A DNA stretch of 64,000 nucleotides, taken from positions 8,662,494 through 8,726,493 of the forward strand of contig NC_057718.1 in NCBI RefSeq assembly GCF_004010195.1. The letters are read 5' to 3'. The first letter of the stretch is position 1; every line of letters begins with the position of its first letter. A model generated the notes under the pieces. The model saw only the letters and a list, made by a program, of their open reading frames with translations. It ran no database searches and was not told the DNA's origin. Below are positions 22,700-35,756 of this stretch, in pieces. The stretch is from Chiloscyllium plagiosum. Lineage: Eukaryota. Made by a program: the position numbers and the translations under genes.

Positions 22700-23392
22700 A
22701 GTCATAGAGCTGTACAGCACAGAAACAGACCCTTCAGTCCAACTCGTCCATGCTGACCAGATATCCTAAATTAATCTAGTCCCACCTGCCAGCACTTGGC
22801 CCATATCCCTCTAATCCATTCCTATTCATATCCAGATTCCATTTAAATGTTGTAATTGTACTAGCCTCCACCATGTCCTCTGGCACCTCATGCCAAAATT
22901 GTCTCTTAGGTCCCTTTTATATCTTTCGCCTCTCACCCTAAATCTATGCCCTCTAGTTCTAGACTCCCCCACCCTGGGAAAAGACCTTGTCTATTTATCC
23001 TATCCATGCATCTCATAATTTTGTAAACCTCTATAAGGTCAGCCCTCAGCCTCTGATGCTCCAGGGAAAACAGCCCCAGCCTGTTCAGCCTCTCCCTATA
23101 GCTCAAATCCTCCAACCCTGGCAACATCCTTGTAAATCTTTTCTCAACCCATTCAAGTTTCACAACATCTTTCCGATAGAAGGGAGACCAGAATTGCACA
23201 CAGTATTTTAAAAGTGGCCTAACCAATGTTTTGTACAGCCACAACATGACCTTCCAACTCCTATACCCAATGCTCTGTCCAATAAATGCAAGCGTATCAA
23301 ACGCCTTCTTCACTATCCTGTCTACCTGCGACTTCACTTTCAAGGAATAGTGAACCTACACTCCAAGATCTCTTTGTTCAGCAACACTCTCT
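22700..23392 (-). mobile_element. CR1 LINE 3' end
   Basis: LYKTLVRPLLKYCVQFWSPFYRKDVVKLE. Confidence 0.9.
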
Positions 23393-23914
23393 TGAACCTT
23401 GTCTCTGGTGCTAGGCCAGACCGATGCCCTACCACAAGCCCCACTCCAAGATGTCCCCTTGCTGATGCCACCATCTTGAAGAGACTTTCACCAGCAGTCT
23501 CGAATGGGGGTGTCCTTGGTACCTTCACCAGCTCCAATCGCCGCCAATCTGCACCCAGCCTTCTCTCATGGCTGTGCCATTGTCACCCTCTAACGCGCCA
23601 AAGAAGCAAAAGAAAAAAGGCAGGTGGGAGCGGATGAGCCCAGGGCAAGAGTTCACATGCAGCCCTGCTACTGCACCGCCATCTTGGAACCATCTCTCCA
23701 CCTCTCCAGCTGCATTCCTGACCCACGATGGATTTACCTGTCCCCCTGACCTGGTGCTGATGGTGCCTACCTTGAAAGGGCGAGGTTTTCACCCCTGGAA
23801 ATGAACCACTCAAACTAACAAAGAATGAATAAATACTTATTCAGCTCAAAACCGACGACCATCCAGCTGCTGAATGATTTCACGACATCATCAACGCTGG
23901 TAATTACTGATTAC

Positions 23915-23927
23915 CATCACAGACACC
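23915..23927 (-). CDS. Candidate 13-nt microexon GGTGTCTGTGATG (GVCD)
   Basis: ctttttttgattcctcag| acceptor, TG|gtaatc donor, phase 0-1. Confidence 0.4.
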
Positions 23928-24499
23928 CTGAGGAATCAAAAAAAGTTTAATTCTTATCATTTTCACCTGAATATTAAGTTAAGCAAAGCTCATCTTCAAT
24001 TCTAGAAACGACTTTATCTAATTAGGTTGAATCTCACAAAATCAGGTTTCTACCTGATGTTTTTCCATCTCAAAGCGAATTACAATGAGCACTGATTGCA
24101 GAGCGTATAATCCTGTAAAGAGCATGGATACATAGCACCGGCAGGTGGACGGGCTCGTTTCCACAAGAAACAAGCTGCATGTTTATCAGTGTAACAAGTT
24201 AACGGAGGGATGCATGTCAGCCATAATCTACCCTTGAAAACGTTACAACTAAACTAAGAACAACATTTGGCCTTTATATGGTGCCTTTAAAGGCAAATTA
24301 TGTCCTTACACTTACAAGGATGACCAGACAAAGGAAATGTGACAGATGGAGATCAAACCCTTGGTGGATTTGAAGGAGAGTCTTCAAGGAGGATGTAGTT
24401 GGAGAGACAAAAGGGAATTAGGGAGTGTGATGGCAGCCAACATGACCACCCCCAGTCCCTATATATTGCAGCTTTTCCTCATGTAAATAATATTCCTTT

Positions 24500-25350
24500 A
24501 TTTTGTTCCCCCTTCCAAAATAAACAATTTTGCATTTTCCCACATCATGATCCATTTGCCAACTCTGTGCTTACCTAACCATTGCTTATCAATATCTGTT
24601 TAGAGACTGGTTTGTATCCCTCTCACAACCTGCCTTTCCACCTATTTCTGTGTTGTCTGCAAATCTGGTGACAGTCCACTCACTTCCTTCCTCCAAGTCA
24701 TTAATATATGTTGGAAACAGTCGTGGTCCCAGCACTGATCCCTGTGAAACCCCAAATTGAAAAAGAGCCCCTAATTCACAATCACTGTTTCCTGATCATT
24801 AGCCAGTCATCTATCCTTGTCAATATATTCCCTCCAACACCATGCGCTCTTATCTTATGACTTAACCTTTTGTGAGGTACCTTGTTGAATGCCTTCTGGA
24901 AGTCCAAATACAGAGGAACCTCGATCATCCAGCATTCAAATAACCGAATTTCAGATTATCCAGACAAGATTGCAAGGTTCTGATGCTTGGCTGTGTTATC
25001 CAGCATTCGATCATCCAACATTCGATTAACCGAATGAAATACTCCACACCTGAGTTCTTCAGATAATCGAGGTTCCTCTGTACACCACATCTACTAGTCC
25101 CCCTCTATCTATTCTGGTTGAGACTACCTCGAGAAACTCTAATATATTAGTCAGACATGACTTCTCTTTCATGAAGCCATGATGACTCTGTTTGATTTGA
25201 TTGTGTTTTTCCAAGAGTGATGCTTCCTTGATAATTGATCCCAATACTTTTTTAACAATAGATGTTAGGATAATCAGTCTATATAGTTACCCACTTCTGC
25301 CTTCTTCCCTTTTTGAATTAGAGTGTCGCATTAGCGGTTTTCCAATCATC
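24500..25350 (-). mobile_element. Old CR1 RT fragment interrupted by a MITE
   Basis: QSHHGFMKEKSCLTNILEFLE; PQGSVLGP- and ADNT-like motifs. Confidence 0.8.
24911..25080. mobile_element. Tc1/mariner (Tigger-like) MITE
   Basis: TIRs CAGAGGAACCTCGAT(C/T)ATC, flanked by TA on both sides. Confidence 0.85.
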
Positions 25351-27924
25351 TGATCCTTAGACCGAGAGTCTTACAGCATGGAAACAGACCCTTCGGTCCA
25401 ACTAGTCCATGCTGAACATAATCCCAAACTAAACTGGCCCCACCTGCCTGCTCCTGGCCCATATCCCTCCAAACATTTCCTACTCACTTATTTTTCCAAA
25501 TATCTTTTAAACACTGTAATTGTACCAACATCCATCATTTCCTCAGGAAGTTCATTCCACATGTGAATCACCCTCTGTGTAAAAAGACTTCTCCAGAATC
25601 CAGCAATTTTTGGAAAATTATAGCGAATGCATCCAGTATCTCTGGAGCTACCTGTTTTAGGATTCTACACATCCTACATTTTTTTTAAATGTGAAATAAA
25701 CTAATATTTTAGCCATCTTCAAACTGCAACAGCTTTGCTCATTCTCAAACGCTCTGAACACTACAAGGAACCTGTTACATTCTTCTATTCAATGTCATCG
25801 CACCAGTAATGTGTGCTCTTTACTTGGAGATTTATGGACACTATTAACTTTGAGACTGTTGGCACACGTCTGGCCTTAACTGCTGCCGCTGTAAGACTGA
25901 GTTCAGAGTCATGGACTACAATATCGCACCTTGTTTCTGGAGGAGTGATGATTGACAATAGTTTATGATATGCCCCCTTAAAGGTACATCACATCACAAC
26001 CAAAAATCTTTCCACTGTCTTTCCAAATCACATGATTTAGACGAATGATTCTCATTTCCACCAACTGTGATTGCCTCCCTTCCTGGTCCCCAACTTCCAT
26101 GCTTAGTGGCACCACCCCCTCAGCTTTATCAACCCCTCCTGCAAAGCTCCCGGCCACCTCCCACCCAATCCCACTATTCCCACTGGCTTTGGCTAGAAAT
26201 GCAACTGCAACATGACAGTGAGGACTGACATCAGTCATAGCCCAACTTTGCTCCGAAATCAATAAAGTCCCAATAAAATTCACTCTTTCATTTTTCTCTG
26301 GATAACCTCTAGTGAACACTAGATTGGCTGACACAGAATTTCTGGGCAGAATTTCAATCATTGACCTTTGATGGTAGCATAAATTGCAGGAAGAGTCCAG
26401 GAGAAGGAGTTATTGACCTGTTAAGTTCCTTGAGACCTTCATATCTCTTTAAACTATACAGCCCAAAATGTTTGGACAGACAAAACTTTGTGTTGAACAA
26501 GATGTGAGCTGTTAACGTTCACACACAGTGCAAGCATCAATAGTTTCAGATTGTACTTAACATAACTAGATCGAGAAAAAAGTTGCAATGCCCTGTGCCA
26601 ACCACATGACACTCGATCACCCTCGAAATAACATCTGGTTTCTTCCCAGAATAAGATTGAAAATGCAACCCAATTTTTTGGAGCAATTCTTTTTCCAATT
26701 GTTAGAAAATGAGGAGAAAATGCAAAAGCTCATTTTATGTTTCAAGAGCAAATACAGAAACAGAGAGGAGAATGAACTGGGTAAGATGGAAAGGAAGCAG
26801 GTAATTAAATAATTAAGAAAAGAAGGACAAGGGTTCCATTAACCTCTTCATGCTTAATGATGGCAGAGATTTCCATCATGAAAGGGAATGGGCAGTGATC
26901 GCCAGTAGGCTTGAAGCATTTCGGGTTAGGTGGGCACCATTATCTCCCACCCCCACCAACATCATTTTCACTTAGTTCCGCTACCACCCCCTTTATGATT
27001 TTTGGTCATGGTACACTTCCTCTGGCAGGCGATGTTTGTAATTTGTTCAGTGGGTCATCGGTTAATTTGATGGGTTTCTGTATGTCCAAAAATGGGATCA
27101 GCACACAAGTAGAAAAGCCAAGCCCGAAGCAATCACAATCTCCGTGGGCTGGAAATGTCAAGTGGATGATCAATCTCAGCCTCCTGTTGTGGTCTACCCT
27201 CATCCCAAGTGCCAGTTTTCAGACAATTTGATTCACTCTGTGTGCTATCATGGCTGCATAGTTAATATAGCAAGGGCTACGGGTCTCAATAACACAGCAG
27301 CTATTTCACTGAAAGTTTATGCTGAAGAATGAGCCATATCTCCATCCAAATCATATCAGTACAGCCATAGAACTGGCATCTAATGTATGTCACGTCTGCA
27401 AAAAGCACAGTAAATGCAATATTAAAAATTAGCACAACATCAGTCTATTCTTGGCTGTTGACAAGGGATAGAATGCATCATTGACGGTGCTACCAAGTGG
27501 TATTTCCTCATCAATAAACTGTTAAATGATGCCCTGGTCAATTTTGCCCAGACATTGTTACAACCGAGGGTCAAATGTGGACAAATAAGATGAATTCCTA
27601 AGATAAAATGAAATTGCCTATCTTGACATTAAGTCCTGGTGAAATTGAACTCAACAGAAATCATAGACAAAGCTGTCTATAGCCTGGACTCATACCCAGT
27701 AGAAAGGGAAGTGGTATTGGTTGTTAGATGTCATCTCAGCCTCAGGGCTTTGCTGCAGTTCCTGAGGATGCTGTCCTCAGCCCAACCATCATTAGTTGCT
27801 TCTTTGAAGACCATCAATTCATTTTAAGGTCAGAAATATGGGTATGCCCAATTTTCAGATGCTGAAACAATCCTTACCCACGTGTAAATAAGACCTGGAC
27901 AATATTCAGTTTTGTTCTGACACA

Positions 27925-28442
27925 GGGCGGCATGGTGGCTCTGTGGCTAGCACTACTGCCTCACATTGCCAGGGACCCAGGTTCGATTCCAGCCTCAGGT
28001 GACTATCTGTGTGGAGTTTGCACATTCTCCCTGTGTCTGAATGAGACCCCAACAGGTGTTCTGGCTTCCTCCCACAGTCCAAAGATGTGCAGGTTAGGTG
28101 AATTGGCCATGCTAAATTGCCCATAATGTTCAGAGATATGTAGGCTAGATGCATTAGCTGAAAAATGTGTTGCTGGAAAAGCGCAGCAGATCAGGCAGCA
28201 TCCAAGGAGCAGGAGAATCGATGTTTTGGGCATAAGCCCTTCTTCAGGATGCTGCCTGACGTGCTGCGCTTTTCCAGCATCACATTTTTCAGCTCTGATC
28301 TCCAGCATCTGCGGTCCTCACTTTCTCCTAGGTGCATTAATCAGGGGTAATGTAGAGTAATAGGGGCAAGGGAATGTGTCTGGTGGGTTGGTGTGAATTT
28401 GTTGGCCAAATGGCCTGTTTCCACACCATCAGGATTCTATGA
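27925..28442 (+). mobile_element. HE1-type SINE containing a PLE fold-back
   Basis: Head and V-domain, tail resumes after 28328. Confidence 0.85.
28157..28327. mobile_element. PLE family A fold-back
   Basis: Inverted arms; TSD CTAG(A/G)TGCATTA at 28145 and 28328. Confidence 0.8.
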
Positions 28443-29269
28443 AATTACCATATCATGCAAGTACTCAATGATCATCTTCATCAGGAAAAATGGTAATTCC
28501 TCTGCCTGACCTTCAACAAAATGGGAGTTACCATTGGCTAGAAGCTGAACGTGATGAACCATATAAATACTGTAGCAACAGAAGCTCAATCAAAGGGTTG
28601 ATATTCTGCAAGTGGTTGAGTACTGATTCCCCAAACCCTGTCCACCAACTACAAGCACATATCAGGCATGTTATTAATTATTCTTCACTTGCCTGGATGA
28701 GTGTGGTGCAAATACACTCAAGAAGCTCTTCCAGGAGAAAGCAGTCTACCAGATCAAAATCACATCCACCACCTTAGAAATTCAATTCTTCTGTCACTGA
28801 CACACAATAGAGCCAGTGTACCAGACACAGATCACTTAGCCTGGTCTATCACTTGGTGCTTATGCTGTCTGGCATGTCAGTAGACTTGTGGTGTCACTTG
28901 CCCAGATTGAGACCCCATTTACAGGTCTGCCCGGTGCTGTTCCTGACATGCCCTTCTGCAGTCACCATTGACCCAGGGCTGATCCCTGGGAGGAAACTGG
29001 GAGCACCCAGAGAAAGCCCCCACAGACTGCACAAACTCGACACAGACAGTCACACATGAGGGCGAGTTGGAACTGAGTCCATGACATTGTGAGGCAGCAG
29101 TGCTGATCACTGGGTTACCTTGTCCCTACTTGTAGTATTTTAAAGATCTATGTATCTGAAACTCAAGCCTCTTTGGATATTCACTGTAGTTAACTTCATA
29201 CCATCTCGAAAGTACCTCGATCTATCCTTTCTCAGTCCAAAGTGAATCACCTAATGCTTACTACAACTG

Positions 29270-29845
29270 TAGTCAGACCATCTATATTTATGAAACCAAA
29301 GGTGCAGGTGCAGTTGCAGATTCAGGCACAGATAGTGTAGCTCAGTCTGCTGTCCTTCTGTATCAATTAGAAATGCAACAACATTAGGATACATTCGGCA
29401 AAGAAGCTTTAGCAGTCACATGGGCATGCTTGAATGAGTTACGTTTTGAGGTGGAAACCAACAATAATTCCAAAAATAATTTCTGAATACCAAGGAAGTA
29501 GCCAAGATGCTGCCCAGAATACAGTCACAACCAGACTAGTGCAGCAGTTCTCAACTACTCAGCATATGCAAGGGGCACACTAAATGATAACAAATCCATC
29601 CAATGGAACATAATATGTAGATTTAGAGCTCAGTGCAGGCATTGATGCCTGAAAATCAGAAGTCAATAAATTCTTACCAGTGACAGAAAGGAAAATGCAA
29701 GACGTTCAAGACGAGAGATATAGGGAGAAGAATGTGTCAAATCAAGAAATATTGTTTGCAAAGCTGGCTGGACTATGTTTTAAACAGTCCCATACCACAC
29801 CAGTACGTGGAACAGGGCAGACATCTCACTGCCATCCACACAAAA
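29270..29845 (+). mobile_element. Decayed Gypsy-type RNase H region
   Basis: KEALAVTWAC, LRFEVETN, KEVAKMLPRIQ. Confidence 0.7.
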
Positions 29846-29979
29846 GGGAAGTCAGGCTTGACAAATCAACTGAATTCTTTGAAGATGTAACTGGTAGAGT
29901 TGATCAAAAAGAGCCAGTGGATATGGTTTATCTGGACTTTTGGAAGGTTTACGACAAAGTCCCACATGAGAGATTAATG

Positions 29980-30510
29980 TCATAGAGTTATACAGCATGG
30001 AAGTAAATCCTTCAGTTCAATTTGCCCATGCTGACCAAATATGCTAAATTAATCTAGTCCCATCTGCCAGCATTTGACTTATATCCCTCTAAACCCTTCC
30101 TATTCATATATCTATCCAGGTGCCTTTTAAACGTTGTAATTGTACCAGCCTCCACAACTTCCTCTGGCAGCTCATTCCATACACGCACACCCTCTGCGTG
30201 AAAAAGTTGTCCCTGAGGTCCCTTTTAAACCTTTCCTCTCTCACCGTAAACCTACATCCTCTAGTTTAAGACTCCCTCACCCTGGGGAAAAAGACCTTGA
30301 ATATTCACTCTATCCATGCCCCTCATGATTTTATCAACCTCTTTAAGGTCACCCCTCAGCCTCCAATGTTCCAAGGGAATTAGCCCCAGCCTAGTTAGCC
30401 GCTCCCTAAAGCTCAAACCTTCCAACCCCAGCAAGACCATCATAAATCTTCTGCACTCTTGCAAATGCAGCAATATCTTTCCAAAGCAGGGAGACCAGAG
30501 GCTTACGCAC
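29980..30510 (-). mobile_element. CR1 LINE 3' end
   Basis: LSFRERLTRLGLIPLEHWRLRGDLKEVDKIMRG. Confidence 0.85.
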
Positions 30511-30714
30511 TAGGTCCTATTCCTCAGATTCATGGAGTGGATACCGGACTGTAGCCCATCTCTTGCATCCAGAGAATCTCTGAAGAAATTCCTCATCTTC
30601 TTCAAGTGGTAACGGTATCAAGGCTGTGACATCAGCTACACCATGTGGGAATCAGAGGTTTCTTCAATTCTAGACCAGGCTGCGGGGGGGTGGGCCATGG
30701 TTTCTGACTAAAGT

Positions 30715-31980
30715 GCATGGGAATGGGATAGCGTGTTGGAATGGATAGAAAAATTGATGAGCAGACAGAAAAGGAAAGGTGGAAAATAATGGACCTCTTT
30801 GTGAATTGTAGGCAGTGAGTAGTGGGATACCCAGGGATCAGTACCAGGTATCCAGCTAATGATAAAATATGTTCATGAGTTAGGGGAGGGAACTAAATGT
30901 CATATCCCCAAATTTACAGATGACACAAAGCTGGATGGGAGGATGCAGAGAGGTTGCACTGTGATTCGGGCAGGCTGAGGGAGTAGGCAAATGCATGGTG
31001 ATGCAGCATAACGTGGGTAAATGTGAGAGCATCCACTTCGGTAGCAACAGTAGGAAGGTTGCAAATAAGAAAGAGGGAACTGTTCAATGAGATTTGGGTG
31101 CCCTCATCCAGCGATAGGCAGTAAGGAAGGTAAGCAGTATACTGGCCTTCGTCGCAAGAGGATTTGGGTGCAGGAACAAGGCCACCTTGCTGCAGTTATA
31201 CAGGGTATTGGTGTGGCCACACCTGGAATATTGCATGCAGTTTTGGTCTCCTTATCTGAAGAAAGGTGTTGTTATAGAGGGAATACCGCAAAGGTTTCTC
31301 AGACTGATTCCTAAGTTGTGTGTGGTGCTAGAAAAGCACAGCAGGTCAGGTGGCATCCAAGGAGCAGGAGAGTTGACGTTTTGAGCATAAGCGCCTCATC
31401 ACGAATGCTCAAAACATCTGTTCTCCTGCTCCTCGGATGCTGCCTGACCCGCTGCGCTTTTCCAGCACCACACTCTTTGACTCCGATCACCATCATCTGC
31501 AGTCCTCACTTTCTCCTGACTCTGGGATGGCAGCACTGGCTGATGAGGAGAGATTGAGTTGGTTATTATTATGTACACTGATGTTCAGGACAATGAGGAT
31601 GGATATCATAAAAACCTGTCAAATTCTAACAGGTATGGGCAGGTCAGATGCAGGAAGCATGGTCCCAAAGATGGGGGACTCGAGAACTAGGGAGAAGCAT
31701 AATTTAAAGATAAGGTATAAAACTTTTAGCATGGAGATAAGCAGATATTTCTTCACTCAGATAGTGGTGAGCCTGTGGAATTCTCTGCCACCGAAAGTAG
31801 TTGAGGTCAAAACATTATCTGTGTTCAAGAAGGAGGTAGATATAGCTCCAGTGGTTAAAGGGATGAAGAGATATGGAAGAGGGTGGAATTAGGGTAGTGA
31901 GCTCGATGATTAGCCATGATCATATTGAATGGTGGAGCAGGCGTGAGGAGTCAAATGGCCTACTCCTGCTCCTATCTTAC
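30715..31980 (+). mobile_element. Old CR1 ORF2 3' half with a PLE fold-back at 31313-31515
   Basis: FTDDTKL, LQLYRVLVWPHLEYCMQFWSPYL, FFTQIVVSLWNSLP; inverted arms inside. Confidence 0.85.
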
Positions 31981-32009
31981 ATATTAGCATGCAATCTTCA
32001 ATTAAATAA

Positions 32010-32620
32010 AAGGAAGATCAAAGGCTTTTGGCTTGAGATTCTTCAGAGAATTCATCAGGATTACTTTGACATCGCGAATTGTTGTGTGAGAGCACAACAA
32101 TCAGCATAGTGGGCAGATTATTAAACACATCTTATATGCAGTAAACAACCAAGAGATGAAAGAGCTGCTGTTGCCATCACCTTTTCATCAAACCCATGGA
32201 GTGCTTGCAAACGGATTTATCCAAGTTCAAAGGCAAGTACTTCAGTGTCATCAGAGAGTGATACTCAAGATGAATTGAAGTCACCCATCCATACAAAATC
32301 ATGGCAGAGGCAGCAGTAGAGCCACTCAGAAGAATCTACTCACTAGATTCATTACATCGTAGACTTGGTAATGTTAGACATTGCTATTACACCACTGCCT
32401 CCCCGAGAACAGTGAGAGTTCTCAGGGAATTGTTCTTGACCCAATCATCTTCAACCTCTGCACCAATGTCTAGGAGACAACGACATAACATTGAGCTCAT
32501 TCACACTTCATCCACAAATAAAACATCTCTGGGCATTGTCCCTGTCTTTCATTTATAAGACTGGGCAGACATGTGACAGATAACATTTGCTGAGGAGATT
32601 GGTTCACTAACGTCTTTTAG
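32010..32620 (+). mobile_element. Decayed Gypsy-type integrase, likely continuing 29270-29845
   Basis: LEILQRIHQDYFDIANCCVRAQQSA*W (Zn-binding H2C2 region) followed by core remnants. Confidence 0.65.
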
Positions 32621-32877
32621 GGAACAAAACTGCTATCCTTACCTGGCCTGGCCTACATGTGACTCTGCACTCACAGCAATGTGGTTGATTTTTAACTTCC
32701 TTCTGAAATGGCCCAGCAAGCCGCTCGGTTCAAAGACAATGAGGGACATGCAATAAATACTGGCTCAATTAGTGATGCCCACATCATTTGAACAACTAGT
32801 TTAAAAAAAAAAGAGTCCAGGACTATTGACATCAGTTTTGCTAAAATAGGAAGAATTCAAATTTATCAATTCATCAA

Positions 32878-33665
32878 TTGCAAATGTGAGGTGATGCTTT
32901 TTGGGAAGTCTAATTCTAGAGCGAATTATACAGTAAACGGATGAGCCTTGGGAAAAGTTGATGAGCAGAGAGATCTGGGAGTTCAGGTCCATTGTATCTT
33001 GAAGGTTGCTGCTCAGGTGGATAGAGTGGTCAAGAAGGCAAATGGTATGCTTGTCTTCATCGGACGGGGTATTGAGTATAAGAGCTGGTAGGTCATGTTA
33101 AAATTGACAAGACATTGGTTCAGCCACATTTAGAATACTGTGAAAAGTTCTGGTCGCCACGTTACCAAAAGGATGTGGACGCTTTGGAGAGGGTGCAGAA
33201 AAGGTTTACGAGGATGTTGCCTGGTATGGAAGGTGCTAGCTATGAAGAGAGGTTGAGTAGGTTAGGATTGTTCTCATTAGAAGAAAGCAGATTGAGGGGG
33301 GAACTGATTGAGGCTTACAAAATCATGAAGGGTATAGACAGGGTGGATAGACATAAGCTTTTTCCCGGGGTGAAGAATTAAATTACAAAAGTTCATGCTT
33401 TCAAGGTGAGAGGTGGAAAGTTTAAGGGGGATACATACGGTAAGTATTTCACACAGAGGGTGGTGGGTGTCTGGAACGTGTTGCCAGCAGAGGTGGTAGA
33501 GGCAGGCATGGTAGATTCATTTAAGATGCATGAGTAGGTGGGGAGCAGAGGGATTCAAATGCTTAGGAATTGGGTGACAGGTTTAGACAGGATTTGGATC
33601 GGCTCAGGTGTGGAGGGCCAAAGGGCCTGTGCTTGGGCTGTAAATTTTCTTTGTTCTTTGTTCTT
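32878..33665 (+). mobile_element. CR1 LINE 3' end
   Basis: VQPHLEYCEKFWSPRYQKDVDALERVQKRFTRMLPG; (TTCTTTG) tail. Confidence 0.9.
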
Positions 33666-34319
33666 TTATCTTGTGTTTTCCTTGACCTCAAGCTCTACCA
33701 GGTCATTTGTACTGCCCACAGTTTGCAGTGTAGTCACTGCTGTAATGGAGCAAACACAAAAACTAATTTATGCATGGTGAGATCTCACAAATACAGAAAG
33801 TGGCCAGATGATCTGTTGTTTGTTATTCATTAACAGGATATGGCCATCATTTATTACCCAGAGGGCAGTTGAGATTCAACCACATTGTTGCAGGTCAGGA
33901 GTTACATGGAGGTCAGACTTACTTCATGAAGAAAACAATGAGCCAGATATTTATTCCCAACCCCCTCCCCCCTTTTCATGTCTTCAAGGCTATCATTAGA
34001 CTTGTAATTCCAGATTTCCATTGCATTCATCGTCATGGCGCAGGATTTTAACCTAGGCTTGGATTAATAGCCCAGTGATAGTACCACAAAGCCATTGCCT
34101 TCATATGTTGCCAATTAGATTAGATTACTTACAGTGTGGAAACAGGCCTTTCGGCCCAACAAGTCCACACCGACCCCCCCAAAGCGCAACCCACCCATAC
34201 ATTTACCCCTTCACCTAACTTACCCCTTCACCTATCTGGGCATCCATACAACATGTGGAAACTACAGTGGTTCAATAAACAGCTCACCACCACCTTCTCA
34301 AGAGTAGATGTTTAGAACT

Positions 34320-35255
34320 CTGAATTGAATTTATTGTCATGTGTACCGAGGCACAGTGAAAACTTTTGTCTTGTGAGCAATGCAGGCAGATCACAGAGTT
34401 AAGTGGCATAGACAGTAAATAATAGGTAAACAGCGGCAAAAACAAAAACAGAGGTACAGGCGGATGTTAAGAGTTTGCGAGTCCATTCAGTATTCTAACA
34501 ACAGTAGGGTAGAAACTGTTGCAAAACTGGTTGGTGCGTGTGTTCAGGCTTCTGTACCTTCTCCCCGATGGTAGAGGTTGTAGAAAAACATTGCCAGGGT
34601 GGGATGGATCTTTGAGAATGCTGGTGTCCTTCCCTTGACAGCGGGCCTGGTAGATGGATTCTATAAATGGGAGGTTGGCCTTTGTGATTGTCCGGGCCAA
34701 GTTCACCACTCTCTATCATTCAAGATCGGAGACGATTATACAGTTACCATACCAGGTAGTGATACATCCAGACAGAATGCTCTTGACAGCGCACCTATAA
34801 ACGTTGGCAAGGGTATTCACTGTCATGCCAAATTTCCTCAGCTGCCTGAGGAAGTAGAGACATTGTTGGGCCTTTGTAACCAGTGCATCCACATGAAGTG
34901 TCCAAGAAAGCTTGTTGTGGATGACCACTCCTAGGGGCTTGACACTCTCCACTCGTCCCACCTCTGTGCTATTAATGTGTAGGGGGACATGAGTAATATC
35001 CTGCTGAAAGTCAATAATGAGTTCCTTGGTTTTGCCAGCATTGAGAGCTAGATTGTTCTCAGTGCACCATTTTCCCAGGTCTTCCGCCTCCCGTCTGCAG
35101 TCTGTTTCATTGCCACCTGAGATTCGACCGACTATGGTGGTGTCATCAGCGAACCTGTAAATGGCATTAGTCTGGTATTTGGTGACACAGGGGGTACAGT
35201 AGGAGGCTGAGTACACACCCCTGGGGCGCTGCAGTGTTGAGTGTCAGTGAGGATG
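34320..35255 (-). mobile_element. Rex1/Babar-type non-LTR retrotransposon 3' part
   Basis: YRFADDTTIVGRIS...WCTENNLALNAGKTKELIIDF. Confidence 0.9.
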
Positions 35256-35746
35256 AATTATCCTTTCTTCCTCAAATGGCAATGGGTGCTGGATCAGTTG
35301 TTAAGTAGATACATTTTTGTTAAGAAAAGGTTTTAAGGGAAATGGGCTAAAGGCTGGTACATGGAGTTAACTTGCAGATTAGTCATGATCTCACTGAATG
35401 GCAGTACAGCCTCAAGGGGGGCTGAATGGCATGCTCCTGTACGTTCCCATGTAATTCAGAAAGAGAAATAAATGCTGGTCTTGCCAGAGCCCGAGGATGA
35501 ATCAAGGCAAACATTATTTGGAATTTTATTTTGAAACAATGGAAGCAGGTTACATTCAATGAAGTCTCATGGCATCAACGAAAGCTTTGAATCGTGTGTG
35601 AGGTCCCATAAATGTGTGACTAATACATAGGTTCAGCTGGAATATAATGGGAAAAAACATGCAATAGATGAAAGGGCATTCACTTTGAATAATCTATCTC
35701 ATGGATTTAGAAAGGAATGACTCAGAACATCCTTGTAGTCCCTCAC

Positions 35747-35756
35747 CATCATGGTT
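35747..35756 (-). CDS. Candidate 10-nt microexon AACCATGATG (NHD)
   Basis: ctgttttgtctacag| acceptor, TG|gtgagg donor; phase 0-1 bridges the 67-nt and 42-nt exons. Confidence 0.5.
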
